A stretch of DNA of 63,970 bases, filler included, from 9 parts of 9 records of this genome joined end to end with filler, not necessarily neighbours in it, one strand, 5' to 3'. Positions 28,868 to 39,674 are shown, counted from the whole stretch's first letter. Notes: generated from the sequence alone by a model not told the origin. Program-made: numbers and translations.

Positions 28868-29287
28868 TTAATTCGCCAATTTTATTTCAATTAACTTTTT
28901 AACATCAGGGAAACTTTCAATTCCTTCAATTATTACATGAATACCTCGTCCTTCAGCATAAACACGAGCAGCAGAAAGATCAGCTTTAATTTTCTCTGAA
29001 ATATCACTTTCCATAATTTTAGTAGTTGCTTTTTGCCTAAAAACGAATGCCACTTTAAAAAACCCATTTCTAGGCAAGAAATAAATAATCGCTCGTTTAT
29101 TATCTTTAATTCGAAAACTCCAACCATATTTCTTACCTGGAAAATTCCATTCTTCAAAAGCTTTAGGGTATTTTTCAAAAACGAAATCCCTTATCTGCAT
29201 CCACAAATCAAACTGATTAGCTAAAACTAAATTCACATCTGAATTTGTAGGAATTACTGACTTATCTGAAAAAACACTAATATCCAT
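28868..29287 (-). CDS. DUF3788-like protein
   Basis: EWNFPGKKYGWSFRIK..KRAIIY and YAEGRG motifs. Confidence 0.7.
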   Translation of the reverse strand: MDISVFSDKSVIPTNSDVNLVLANQFDLWMQIRDFVFEKYPKAFEEWNFPGKKYGWSFRIKDNKRAIIYFLPRNGFFKVAFVFRQKATTKIMESDISEKIKADLSAARVYAEGRGIHVIIEGIESFPDVKKLIEIKLAN

Positions 29288-29508
29288 TTTACGAATTTAA
29301 ATTTACCTTTTTCTAAAAGTAGCTTATTTAAGCTAATCAACGGTAATTATTTTATGAAATAATAAGCGATTAAGATCAAATACAATATTGTGTAAAAGAT
29401 TATTAAAAAACCTACATTTCACGTTTACAGACATAAAGGCTTTTATTTTAAAGAAAACTAATCACTTCCTTTTATAAAATGTTTATCTTTTAATAGAAAA
29501 CATTATTT

Positions 29509-30957
29509 ATGAAAATTCTACTTACAGGAGTAACAGGTTATGTAGGTAAAAGGTTAATTCCAATCCTACTCAGTCAAAATCACGAATTGGTTTGTTGTGT
29601 ACGCAACCTGGATAGAATACCTGAAGAAATAAAGAACAACCCGAGCGTAGATGTTGTGCAAATTGATTTTCTGGAATTTGATGAAACTGCAAAAATTGCA
29701 AAAGATATAGAAGTTGCTTTTTATCTAATTCACTCCATGTCATCACTTTCAGGTGATTTTGAAGATCTTGAATTACAAACAGCAAAGAATTTCAAAAAAC
29801 TAATTTTAAACACATATGTAAAACAAGTGATTTACCTTGGCGGAATCGTTAACGATAAAAATCTTTCAAAACATCTGCGCTCACGTAAAAATGTTGAACT
29901 AGAACTTAAAAAGGGAAATTTTGCATTTACGGCATTACATGCAGGGATTATTATTGGTTCCGGAAGTGCTTCTTTTGAAATTATTCGCGATTTAGTTGAA
30001 AAACTACCGATAATGATTACCCCGAAATGGGTATTAACAAGATCACAGCCCATTGCAATTCGAGATGTATTAACATACCTAACAGGTGTTATGCTTCACC
30101 ATGAATGCATGAACAAAAGTTTCGACATTGCAGGTCCGGATATTCTTTCATACAAAGAAATAATGCTACAACTAGCATCTATCAGGAAGCTTAGGCGATC
30201 ATTCATTGTTATCCCCTTCATGACTCCCAGGCTTTCATCTTATTGGCTCTACTTTATTACTTCAACCTCATATAAATTAGCTATACATTTAGTAGACAGC
30301 CTAAAAATAGAAGTGATTGCCAAAGAGAATAGACTTTCAAGAATACTTAATGTTCAACCATTAACTTTCAAGGAAGCCGTTGAAGCAGCATTTTTAAAAA
30401 TTAAACAAAATCAGGTATTTTCTAGCTGGAAAGATGCTTTGAGCAGTAGTTTATTTACAACTGACTATGCCAACCATATCCAAGTTCCAACATTTGGCTG
30501 TTACAAAGATATTCAGACAGTTGAATTTAGTCATTACTTGCAAAATGTGAGAAATGCAATATGGTCAATTGGCGGGAACAAAGGCTGGTATTACGCAAAC
30601 TCTCTTTGGAAATTGCGAGGCTTCATCGACAAGTTATTTGGAGGTATTGGTTTAAGAAGAGGAAGAACAAATGCAGAAGATCTGCAAAATGGAGATGCAC
30701 TTGATTTCTGGCGGGTTCTACTAGCCGACAAATCAAACAATCGCCTACTTCTTTATGCAGAAATGAAACTACCAGGAGAGGCATGGCTTGAATTTAAAAT
30801 CATTCCTTCCAAAACAAAAAACAGATTAATACAAACAGCAACCTTTCGCCCAAAAGGAATCACAGGAAGATTTTACTGGTATTTATCCCTCCCCTTTCAT
30901 ATTTTTATTTTTAAGGGAATGATTCGGAATATTGTAAAAGAAGCTGAAAAAAAGTGA
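29509..30957 (+). CDS. Atypical SDR (NAD(P)-binding) with C-terminal DUF2867; YbjT-like
   Basis: LLTGVTGYVG, IIGSGSASFE, GDALDFWRV, AEMKLPGEAWLEF. Confidence 0.88.
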   Translation: MKILLTGVTGYVGKRLIPILLSQNHELVCCVRNLDRIPEEIKNNPSVDVVQIDFLEFDETAKIAKDIEVAFYLIHSMSSLSGDFEDLELQTAKNFKKLILNTYVKQVIYLGGIVNDKNLSKHLRSRKNVELELKKGNFAFTALHAGIIIGSGSASFEIIRDLVEKLPIMITPKWVLTRSQPIAIRDVLTYLTGVMLHHECMNKSFDIAGPDILSYKEIMLQLASIRKLRRSFIVIPFMTPRLSSYWLYFITSTSYKLAIHLVDSLKIEVIAKENRLSRILNVQPLTFKEAVEAAFLKIKQNQVFSSWKDALSSSLFTTDYANHIQVPTFGCYKDIQTVEFSHYLQNVRNAIWSIGGNKGWYYANSLWKLRGFIDKLFGGIGLRRGRTNAEDLQNGDALDFWRVLLADKSNNRLLLYAEMKLPGEAWLEFKIIPSKTKNRLIQTATFRPKGITGRFYWYLSLPFHIFIFKGMIRNIVKEAEKK

Positions 30958-31011
30958 CTACTGAAAATAATCACTTCTACAAATATCTTTCGTATATGTT
31001 TTATTTAATTG

Positions 31012-31674
31012 CTACATACGCTCTGGAACATTTATCCCCATCAAACTCATTCCCAACTTAATAATTTTTGCAACAGTTTCAGAAAGCACTAAACGGAAAT
31101 TCCGTATCAATTCATCTTCTTCAGTCAGAATTGAATGATCGTGATAAAACTGATTATACTCTTTCACTAAATCATACACATAATTAGCAATAAGTGCGGG
31201 ACTGTACATTTCACCAGCTTCCACAATAACATTTGGAAAAAGTGAAATACTCTTTATTAATCCTTGTTCTTTCTCTGAAAGACTCAAATTCTTATTAAGG
31301 TTATGATTTACATTAATATTTTGATCTTTAGCTTTTCTCAACACAGAACGTATACGTGCATGTGTATATTGAATAAAAGGTCCGGTATTACCATTAAAAT
31401 CAATTGACTCCTCAGGGTTAAAAAGCATATTCTTTTTTGGATCAACTTTTAAAATGAAATATTTCAATGCACCTAAGGCAATTGTCTTAAAAGTCTCTTT
31501 TGCTTCTTCTTCTGAATAGCCATCAAGCTTTCCGAGTTCTTCTGAAGTATTCCTGGCAACCTCAATCATTCCAGCCATTAAATCATCTGCATCAACAACT
31601 GTTCCTTCACGAGATTTCATTTTCCCTTGGGGTAGTTCAACCATTCCGTATGAGAAATGATGCAAATCTTTCCC
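31012..31674 (-). CDS. argS: Arginyl-tRNA synthetase (5'-partial; anticodon-binding end)
   Basis: GKMKSREG, GNTGPFIQYTHAR, C-terminal PERM. Confidence 0.95.
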   Translation of the reverse strand, partial: GKDLHHFSYGMVELPQGKMKSREGTVVDADDLMAGMIEVARNTSEELGKLDGYSEEEAKETFKTIALGALKYFILKVDPKKNMLFNPEESIDFNGNTGPFIQYTHARIRSVLRKAKDQNINVNHNLNKNLSLSEKEQGLIKSISLFPNVIVEAGEMYSPALIANYVYDLVKEYNQFYHDHSILTEEDELIRNFRLVLSETVAKIIKLGMSLMGINVPERM

Positions 31675-31774
31675 NNNNNNNNNNNNNNNNNNNNNNNNNN
31701 NNNNNNNNNNNNNNNNNNTTAATTAATTAANNNNNNNNNNNNNNNNNNNNNNNNNNNNNNNNNNNNNNNNNNNN
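31675..31774. other. Artificial contig spacer
   Basis: N44-TTAATTAATTAA-N44. Confidence 0.98.
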
Positions 31775-31800
31775 TTTTTGTATGAGAAAGGTAGCGCCCA

Positions 31801-32571
31801 ATGATCGAAAAAGACAAGCTCAGAAAAGCTGATCTATTCTCCGGCACCCTCATTGTCCTGCTGGGACTGGTGATTGTCAGCCAGGGGTTTAAGATGCCCA
31901 TGACCGACTCCTATGCTGGCGTGCAAAATGTCTGGTACGTGTCCCCTGCCCTGTTTCCGATGTTCGTCGGATCGATGATTACCCTGCTCGGTCTGCTGCT
32001 CATCAAAACTGCGCTTTTGGCCGTGGGAAAGGAGGGCCTTTCTGAAGTTTTCACCTATTTCAGAAGCCCGGAATTCATTCTATTCCTGAAGGACTCCGCA
32101 ACGATTCGTTTTTATGGCATCGTTATGACTCTTTTTATCTTCGTGTTCATGCTCGTCCCTAGGATTGATTTCTTTATCGCAACCACTATTTTCCTTCTGA
32201 TATTCTTCTTCATGTTCTATTGCGGCGGGGACGAGGATCTTCCGCGACTCATTTCAATCATACTCGGTGGAAGCATTATCCTCGGCCTCTACCTCTACTC
32301 CGGTCTGGCCGCAATCATAGATGAGAGCATCCTGTTTTCCGCCGATTACCTTGTTCTCTTCTCAATCGCGCTGCTTGTCGCTCACTATTACATGAAGGTG
32401 AAAGACGACCAGCAACGGTTTAAAAAATTCAGGCTCAGCCTCCTGATCGGATTTGCGGCACCCTTCAGTATCGGTATCATCTTTAAATATTTTCTCCTTG
32501 TTCCGATGCCGTTCGAAGGGATCATCGTCACCCTTCTTGACGCCGTCTGGTACGCGGAAATCTGGTCATAG
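31801..32571 (+). CDS. TctB-like small membrane subunit of a tripartite tricarboxylate transporter (long form)
   Basis: Multi-TM; SPALFP and FKYFLLVPMP.G motifs; immediately upstream of tctA. Confidence 0.7.
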   Translation: MIEKDKLRKADLFSGTLIVLLGLVIVSQGFKMPMTDSYAGVQNVWYVSPALFPMFVGSMITLLGLLLIKTALLAVGKEGLSEVFTYFRSPEFILFLKDSATIRFYGIVMTLFIFVFMLVPRIDFFIATTIFLLIFFFMFYCGGDEDLPRLISIILGGSIILGLYLYSGLAAIIDESILFSADYLVLFSIALLVAHYYMKVKDDQQRFKKFRLSLLIGFAAPFSIGIIFKYFLLVPMPFEGIIVTLLDAVWYAEIWS

Positions 32572-32583
32572 GAACGCGCTGAC

Positions 32584-34116
32584 ATGGTCATTCTCGAACG
32601 AATTCAGACATTTTTCGAAATCGCCGGATCGATGGTCACCGACCCGGTATCGCTGGCAATCCTTTTCGGGTCAGTCCTGCTTGGCATCCTCTTCGGAGCA
32701 ATGCCCGGCCTGACCTCGACGCTCGGCGTCGCACTGCTTACCGCGCTGACCTACAGCATGGACACGCCGACCGCGATGATCTGCCTGCTGGCTATTTATG
32801 TCGGCGGCACCTACGGCGGTTCCTATGCATCAATCCTGATAAATATCCCCGGCACCGCTGCGGCTGCGGCCACCGCGATGGACGGCTACCCGCTCGCCCA
32901 GAAAGGCGAAGGCGGCAGAGCCATCGGACTCACGACTACCGCGTCGGCCATCGGCACCATGGTGAGTATGCTGTTCGTCGTCTCAATTTCCCCGCTGATC
33001 TCGAAATTCGCGCTGGAGTTCACCTCTTTCGAATTTTTTCTGCTCGCCTTTTTCGGCATCCTGATCAGCGGCACACTGACGGCCCCAGATCTCGTCATTA
33101 AGGGTTGGATCGCCGGGTTTCTCGGCCTCTTCCTCGCCTGCATCGGCCGTGATCAACTCCAGTTTTTTCCACGCTTCACGTTCGGCTTAACCGAGCTTGA
33201 AAGCGGAATTGAAGTTGTGCCTGTCCTCATCGGAGCCTTCGGAATCCCGCAGATCATCGACGTATTGCGCGCCAGATCCCAGATGCCCAAGGCAGAGAAA
33301 CTTCAGCGCATCATTCCGGAGATCGGCACGGTACTGCGCAACATTCCTGCCATCATCCGCTCTGCTCTGATCGGGGTGGGCATCGGTGCGGTTCCCGGTA
33401 TCGGCGAGGATATCGCCGGCTGGGTATCGTACGGCACCGCAAAAAACACCTCCAAACACCCCGAAACGTTCGGGACCGGCGAGCTCAAAGGGGTTATCGC
33501 CAGTGAGACCGCCAACAACGCGTGCGTCGGGGGCGCGATGATCCCGCTTCTCAATCTCGGCATCCCGGGCAGCCCGCCTGCTGCGATGCTGCTCGGCGCG
33601 CTGATGCTCCACGGTGTCACCCCGGGACCGATGATCACGTTCGAACACCCGACCTTCATCCTCGAGGTGGCGGCGATCCTGCTGCTCGCGTCCATGGCCA
33701 TGTGGGTGACCGGTATGATTCTCGCGAAGCAGGTAGTCAAGGTACTCAATATCCCAACGCCTCTGTTCATGCCGATCATCGGGGTCCTGTGCATCATCGG
33801 CTCCTACTCGCTCGGACTCAATATTTTCAACCTCTACCTGATGCTGCCGGTCGGGATCATCTGTTATTTCCTGACCAACATGGGATATCCGATCGCACCG
33901 CTCGTCATCGGTGTCATTCTCGGCCCGATGGCCGACGAAAATCTGCGCCGCGCCCTGATGGTTTCACAGGGAAGTTTCATGCCTGTTTTCCAGCGGCCGG
34001 TTTCACTTATCCTCTTTTTAATTATTGTTCTGACTGTATTGAGTCAATTTGGCTGGTACAAGCGGACAGTCGAGCGGATTAAAAATATACTATTCAATAA
34101 TGCGAGATCGGTTTAA
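32584..34116 (+). CDS. tctA: Tripartite tricarboxylate transporter permease
   Basis: GAMPGL, YGGSYASILINIPGT, ETANNA, LGIPGS, PLVIGVILGP. Confidence 0.9.
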   Translation: MVILERIQTFFEIAGSMVTDPVSLAILFGSVLLGILFGAMPGLTSTLGVALLTALTYSMDTPTAMICLLAIYVGGTYGGSYASILINIPGTAAAAATAMDGYPLAQKGEGGRAIGLTTTASAIGTMVSMLFVVSISPLISKFALEFTSFEFFLLAFFGILISGTLTAPDLVIKGWIAGFLGLFLACIGRDQLQFFPRFTFGLTELESGIEVVPVLIGAFGIPQIIDVLRARSQMPKAEKLQRIIPEIGTVLRNIPAIIRSALIGVGIGAVPGIGEDIAGWVSYGTAKNTSKHPETFGTGELKGVIASETANNACVGGAMIPLLNLGIPGSPPAAMLLGALMLHGVTPGPMITFEHPTFILEVAAILLLASMAMWVTGMILAKQVVKVLNIPTPLFMPIIGVLCIIGSYSLGLNIFNLYLMLPVGIICYFLTNMGYPIAPLVIGVILGPMADENLRRALMVSQGSFMPVFQRPVSLILFLIIVLTVLSQFGWYKRTVERIKNILFNNARSV

Positions 34117-34158
34117 CCGTCTCTCGAACGTAGAGAACCACCAACCGGAGACCTTACC

Positions 34159-35124
34159 ATGCTCAAACTGGCAATAATCACGAGTTTTCTTTCGCAGACG
34201 AAAGATCGTTTTCACGAATACAACAAGCCGTTGGATCTCGACGGCAAATTTGCTCTGCTCTCGACAATCGAAGGGTATAACGGCGTTGAAATCGTCTACC
34301 CCTATGAGGTCAACGATGTGAAAGATACCTCGGAAGCTCTTGCAAAATACAACCTCAACGTTTCCGCTGTAAACGTGAACGTCAAAGCTGAGCCTGAATT
34401 TCGCAACGGCGGCGTCACGTCACTCGAACAGCAGGTCAGGGAAAAAGCGGTACAGTTCATTAAGGACGCCAAAGATTTCGCATCCGATATCGGCGCAGAC
34501 AAGGTGACCTGCTGTCCGCTCGGAGACGGTTACGAATTCGCTTTCCAAAATGACTATGCGCTTGCCTGGAGACACCTGATCGAAACCTTCTCCGAAGCCG
34601 GTGACTACCGTCGTGAAATCCCCCTCTACGTCGAATACAAGCCCAGTGAAACCAGGGGACGCTGTTTCGTCGACACAGCCGCCAAGGCCCTTTGCCTGCT
34701 CAACGATATAAAAATCAACGAGATGGGGGTCACCCTCGATTTCGGTCACTCGATGTACGGGAATGAAAACCCGGCCGAAGCGGTATCCATGCTCGAAGCC
34801 AGCGCATTCAAATACTACATTCACATCAATGACAACGATGCGAAATGGGACTGGGATTATTTCTGCGGCACCAAACATTTCCTCGACTACGTCGAATTCA
34901 TTTATTATCTGAAGAAATACAACTACGACGATTATTTCACCTCCGACACGTCACCGACGCGATGGGACATCAAGGGCACCTTCGAGGCAAACAGCAGACT
35001 TACGATTAAAATTTGGGAATTGTTCGACCGTGTCGACACCAACCGCCTCGAGCTGCTCATGGCCGCAGGCGACTACATCGAAACATGGAAATTTATCGAA
35101 GAACATATTTTTTCTCTCAAGTAA
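34159..35124 (+). CDS. Xylose isomerase-like TIM-barrel protein (sugar isomerase/epimerase)
   Basis: VEYKPSE, GVTLDFGH, YIHINDND..WDWD metal-binding motifs. Confidence 0.85.
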   Translation: MLKLAIITSFLSQTKDRFHEYNKPLDLDGKFALLSTIEGYNGVEIVYPYEVNDVKDTSEALAKYNLNVSAVNVNVKAEPEFRNGGVTSLEQQVREKAVQFIKDAKDFASDIGADKVTCCPLGDGYEFAFQNDYALAWRHLIETFSEAGDYRREIPLYVEYKPSETRGRCFVDTAAKALCLLNDIKINEMGVTLDFGHSMYGNENPAEAVSMLEASAFKYYIHINDNDAKWDWDYFCGTKHFLDYVEFIYYLKKYNYDDYFTSDTSPTRWDIKGTFEANSRLTIKIWELFDRVDTNRLELLMAAGDYIETWKFIEEHIFSLK

Positions 35125-35137
35125 AAGGACGAACGTG

Positions 35138-36550
35138 ATGACCGAACAAAGTATCGGCCTGGACTATATGGAGACCCTGCCACCCGAGTGGGAGGAAGAC
35201 CTGCGTCCCCACATTCAACAGGAACTGCGCAGCTCATCGTACAAGGTGGTTGTTCTGGACGACGACCCGACAGGCACCCAGACGGTGCGGGACATTCCCG
35301 TTCTCACCAGCTGGGATGTCGCTGAACTCGAGGAAGAGTTGAAGGGAGCATTCCCCGCTTTCTATATCCTCACGAACAGCCGCAGCCTCACCGAACCGCA
35401 GGCATGCGACCTTGCCGTTGAAATCGGCACGAACCTCAAGCAGGCATCCGAAAACACAGCGATCCGCGTCGTCGTCATCAGCCGCAGCGACTCCACCCTC
35501 CGCGGCCATTTTCCTGCCGAGGTTGACGCCGGTGCCCGGGTGCTCGGCAAGGAAGGGTTGCCGTATCTGGTTCTTCCCTTTTTCCTCGAAGGAGGCCGCT
35601 ACACGATAGACGACGTGCATTACGTGAAGGAGGGTGACACGCTTGTACCGGCTGCGCAAACGCCTTTTGCCAACGATGCCGCGTTCGGTTTCAGCCATTC
35701 CAACCTGAAGCACTATATCGAAGAGAAAACCGGGGGGACTATCGCGGCCGAGAGCGTCACCTCCGTTTCTCTCAATGATATCAGACGGGGTGGCCCGGCA
35801 CGGGTCGCTGAGATTTTCAGGGGAGTCGTCGCCGGATCCGCCTGCTTCGTGAATGCGGCCAGCTACCGTGACATGGAGGTAATCGTCGACGCTTTGATCA
35901 CCGTCGAAAAGGAGGGCTGTGAATTTCTCTACCGCTCAGCCGCCTCCTTTGTTCGCACACGCATCGGCATCGACGCGGGCAGCGGTCTTCTGCCTGGAAA
36001 TGAACTGGTCAGCGACAGCGACGCCGGAGGGCTTTTCGTCATCGGCTCCTATGTACCCAAAACCACGGCACAGGTGGCGAGTCTTTTTGCACAAACCGAT
36101 ATCGTGCAGGTGGAAGTCAGGGTATCCGCCCTGCTCGATGAAACTACGAGAAAATCGGAAATCGGTCGAGCCGTCGGCCTTGCAGAAGCAGCAATACGTA
36201 CCGGAAAGGACGCCGCCGTTTTTACGAGCCGTGACCTCATCACCGGTAATGACGCCGCGTCGAGTCTCGAGATTGGACAGACCGTTTCGGACAGTCTCGT
36301 GAAAATCGTATCGGATCTCTCCGTTCAGCCGCGATACCTCGTCGCCAAAGGCGGTATCACCTCCAGCGATGTCGCAACCAAGGCACTCGGCATCAAGAGG
36401 GCGATGGTTATCGGCCAGGCGCTGCCGGGCGTTCCGGCATGGCGCTGCGGCGACGAAACCCGCTATCCGGGTACAACCTACATCGTTTTCCCCGGCAATG
36501 TCGGCGAAGACGATGCCCTGGCACAGATTCAGAAGAAAGTACAACGATGA
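35138..36550 (+). CDS. Four-carbon acid sugar kinase family (DUF1537/YgbK-like)
   Basis: VVLDDDPTGTQT, SRSDSTLRGH, AKGGITSSD, FPGNVG. ATG 35138 follows an AAGGA RBS. Confidence 0.88.
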   Translation: MTEQSIGLDYMETLPPEWEEDLRPHIQQELRSSSYKVVVLDDDPTGTQTVRDIPVLTSWDVAELEEELKGAFPAFYILTNSRSLTEPQACDLAVEIGTNLKQASENTAIRVVVISRSDSTLRGHFPAEVDAGARVLGKEGLPYLVLPFFLEGGRYTIDDVHYVKEGDTLVPAAQTPFANDAAFGFSHSNLKHYIEEKTGGTIAAESVTSVSLNDIRRGGPARVAEIFRGVVAGSACFVNAASYRDMEVIVDALITVEKEGCEFLYRSAASFVRTRIGIDAGSGLLPGNELVSDSDAGGLFVIGSYVPKTTAQVASLFAQTDIVQVEVRVSALLDETTRKSEIGRAVGLAEAAIRTGKDAAVFTSRDLITGNDAASSLEIGQTVSDSLVKIVSDLSVQPRYLVAKGGITSSDVATKALGIKRAMVIGQALPGVPAWRCGDETRYPGTTYIVFPGNVGEDDALAQIQKKVQR

Positions 36551-36593
36551 ATAACAGATCAAGCTTCTTACCATAAACCAAGGAGATGACACC

Positions 36594-37439
36594 ATGAAGC
36601 ACACCGTAAAAACCATCCAGGCGATGCGTGACAACAACGAGACCATCACTATGCTCACCGCCTACGACTATCCGACCGCCCAAAAGGTCAACGATGCGGG
36701 AATCGACATGATTCTCGTGGGAGACTCCTGCGCGATGGTCGTCCACGGACACCCCAACACTCTCACGGCCACCATGGACATGATGGTTCTTCATTGCGCC
36801 GCCGTAGCCAGAGCCTGTGACCGGACCATGGTAATCGCGGACATGCCGTTCGGGTCGTTTCAGTACAGTATCGAGGATACCATGAAGAACGCCGCACGCT
36901 TCGTGACCGAGGCGAAGGTCAACGGTGTAAAATTTGAGGCCACTCCGCACCATATCGAGAAAACGAAGGCGATCGTGCAGATGGGAATCCCCGTTGTCGG
37001 TCATGTCGGGCTGCATCCTCAAGCGGTCGGGGCGCTTGGGGGCCTCAGCGCCCAGGGCAGGGATATCGAATCTGCCCGCAAGGTTGTATCCGAGGCTCTC
37101 GCCCTTCAAGAGGCTGGTGCCTTCGCTATCATCTTCGAGGCCGTCCCGGCGAAGCTTTCCGACTACGTGACCAGAAAGCTCGACGTCCCGTCGATCTCAA
37201 TCGGCGGTGGTCCAGACTGTTCCGGCCAGCTGCTGGTCACCCCGGACGTACTCGGTATGTACGACCATTTCACCCCATCTTTCGCAAAACAGTACCAGCA
37301 GTTCGGACAGGTGATGATCGATACGTTCAAGCAGTACAAGGAAGAGGTCCTCACCGGTAAATTTCCCGGTGAGGAACACAGCTACAAAATGTCGGACGAT
37401 GTACTCGAGTCCATCATGAAGGAGTTCGGGGACGCCTGA
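36594..37439 (+). CDS. panB: Ketopantoate hydroxymethyltransferase (PanB) or paralogue
   Basis: ITMLTAYDY, ILVGDS, ADMPFGS, GHVGLHPQ; KFEAT in place of the usual KLEGG. Confidence 0.85.
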   Translation: MKHTVKTIQAMRDNNETITMLTAYDYPTAQKVNDAGIDMILVGDSCAMVVHGHPNTLTATMDMMVLHCAAVARACDRTMVIADMPFGSFQYSIEDTMKNAARFVTEAKVNGVKFEATPHHIEKTKAIVQMGIPVVGHVGLHPQAVGALGGLSAQGRDIESARKVVSEALALQEAGAFAIIFEAVPAKLSDYVTRKLDVPSISIGGGPDCSGQLLVTPDVLGMYDHFTPSFAKQYQQFGQVMIDTFKQYKEEVLTGKFPGEEHSYKMSDDVLESIMKEFGDA

Positions 37440-37505
37440 TACAGGAATTCTCCTCCGCTATCCGTCATTTTCTTCAACAGGTTGATATGGCAGACGGATA
37501 GACCC

Positions 37506-37567
37506 GCGCCTGCATCTCCGTACGACGGTGTCGTTGAAACCACCGGGAGTTGCAGGCGCTTTTTTTA
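37506..37567 (+). terminator. Intrinsic terminator after panB
   Basis: GCGCCTGCA...TGCAGGCGC long stem followed by a T8 run. Confidence 0.7.
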
Positions 37568-37820
37568 CCACAGCAGCCGCACGAAGAACCCGCACCTGCC
37601 TGACTTCCGGTTTATCCATTACATGAGTGTCGCCCTAATCGGTTAAACGAATCAGGATTTTTACGTTTCGGGTCACTTGATTGCCGTCCCTTCGCATCGA
37701 TTATATTTACCGATCAATGAGGAATTCGCTTGCAATGCGGGTTCAGTGAAATAAAATCCACGCAAATCCATAGTCTGATCGTCTGGAACCAGCACCCTCT
37801 TCCATTGTGACTCCGCTATT

Positions 37821-39674
37821 ATGATACGCACGTTCCTTTTCAGTTTTCTGCTTCTTGTTATCTTTCTTCCCGTATCCTCCTTCTCCAGGGAAGTCTCCAT
37901 CCCGATACAACTCGATTACCGCTTCCTACAGGCGCTGATCAGCGAGGCTTCTTTCACTGGTCCGGACAATACGGCCGAGGTCCTCAACAAGGCAGACGGA
38001 TGCATTGCGCTGAGCCTTTCCAGCCCGACCGTTTTTAAAGAGCGGGATTCCGTCGCATTTCAATCCGATATTTTCGTTCATGTCGGAACACCGATCGGAT
38101 CGACCTGCCTGATGCCCTACCAGTGGAATGGTTCGATGATCGTCACGCAGGTCCCCCGTCTCGATCCGCAGAGCTGGGAATTGTCGTTCGAACCGGTTTC
38201 CACCAGGCTCTATACGGCCGATGGCAGTCCTGTCGACAGCTTCAACCTGGTAATGGAGCGAATGCTGCCTATCGTCAGTGATTATTTCAGCAGTTTCTCC
38301 GTCAAACTCGATCCGCCCGTCAACGACCTCAAATCATTCATTCTCCCGATGTTTACAGCCGAAGCACAGGAACAGGCCACCCGTCTTCTGGACAGTTTCA
38401 GGCCGGGTTCGATCGCAGTGGAGGAGAGTGGTGTACGGGTTGTTCTGCGTGCCGACGCAATCGAAATTGACGAGGTCGAAGAAGAACCCATTCAGGAAAC
38501 AATCAGTCAGGAAGAAATTGACACGTTTTTCGAACTCTGGGAAACCTGGGACTCACTGCTCGTGTACCTGATATCCGTCCTTGCCGAAAACCCCTTGAGC
38601 GAAGAGGAAAAACTGGAACTGGTCGATCTGCTGCTCGATACACGTTATGAATTCGTCAGCAAAATCAACGAGGAGTCTGCGGACAGCGATTTTGTGCGAG
38701 ATCAGTTCATTGAAGGCTGGCAACAGCTCTCCACGATTTTCCAGAACCACCTGCTGGACAATCCATCAGGCAGCAGGCTGGGGTATCTGTCGTTTTTCAC
38801 GGCCGTCGATGCACTGATGATTCTTGATGAACTCGGCCCGGCATTCGGTGTCGAAATCAGCCGCAACGGACTGATCCGCCTTGCCAAAATTCTCGGTGGT
38901 GATTCGGTAACACTTGAATACGCACCCGAAGTCGATGAAACGCTGCAGCAGCTGTTCGACTCGCACCCGGAGGAGGACGTTCCGGCTCCTGCCCCTGCGA
39001 CAGAAGAAACAGGCATCGGGCCGACCACCCTGCTTGATCATCTGTTGAGGATCACTCCCTTCCTGCCCGGGGAAGTCCACGCGGCAGCCCTCCCGACATT
39101 CAAAGAGATCAAGCGGTGGCAGCCCCCGCGGGGTAACGATTCCGAATACCTGGCACGGGTTGCAAAGGTTCTCGATTTCTCGACAACCTCACTGATAATC
39201 AGGAGGGAGCTGTCGGACACCGTTGCCCTACTCTACAAAACGCTGATTCCCGCCATCGCATGGCAGGAGAGTTGTTTCAGACAATTCGTGGTCAAACAGA
39301 ACAAGCTCACGTATCTCCTCTCCTACAATCAAAGCTCCGTAGGGCTCATGCAGGTAAACGAGCGGGTATGGCGCGGCATCTACAACACCCAGCGTTTGCG
39401 CTGGGATATCAAGTATAATGCCAGCGCCGGCTGTGAAATCGTCGATATGTACCTGCAGAAATATGCATTGAAAAAATACGGAGACTCGATGTTTGGACAG
39501 TCAGACACACTCGCCCAGATGGTCTATGCGATGTACAACGGTGGTCCGGCCCAGCATGCGAAATTTCTGGAGCGCAAAAAGAAGAATCAACTCTATAAGA
39601 GTGATCTCCTGTTTGCCGAGAAACTGGAAATGGTCAAGGAGCACTCCTGGCAGAGCGGAGTTAAATGCCTCTGA
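37821..39674 (+). CDS. Exported protein with C-terminal lytic transglycosylase (SLT) domain
   Basis: Signal peptide; AIAWQES, GLMQVN and AMYNGGP SLT motifs. Confidence 0.82.
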   Translation: MIRTFLFSFLLLVIFLPVSSFSREVSIPIQLDYRFLQALISEASFTGPDNTAEVLNKADGCIALSLSSPTVFKERDSVAFQSDIFVHVGTPIGSTCLMPYQWNGSMIVTQVPRLDPQSWELSFEPVSTRLYTADGSPVDSFNLVMERMLPIVSDYFSSFSVKLDPPVNDLKSFILPMFTAEAQEQATRLLDSFRPGSIAVEESGVRVVLRADAIEIDEVEEEPIQETISQEEIDTFFELWETWDSLLVYLISVLAENPLSEEEKLELVDLLLDTRYEFVSKINEESADSDFVRDQFIEGWQQLSTIFQNHLLDNPSGSRLGYLSFFTAVDALMILDELGPAFGVEISRNGLIRLAKILGGDSVTLEYAPEVDETLQQLFDSHPEEDVPAPAPATEETGIGPTTLLDHLLRITPFLPGEVHAAALPTFKEIKRWQPPRGNDSEYLARVAKVLDFSTTSLIIRRELSDTVALLYKTLIPAIAWQESCFRQFVVKQNKLTYLLSYNQSSVGLMQVNERVWRGIYNTQRLRWDIKYNASAGCEIVDMYLQKYALKKYGDSMFGQSDTLAQMVYAMYNGGPAQHAKFLERKKKNQLYKSDLLFAEKLEMVKEHSWQSGVKCL

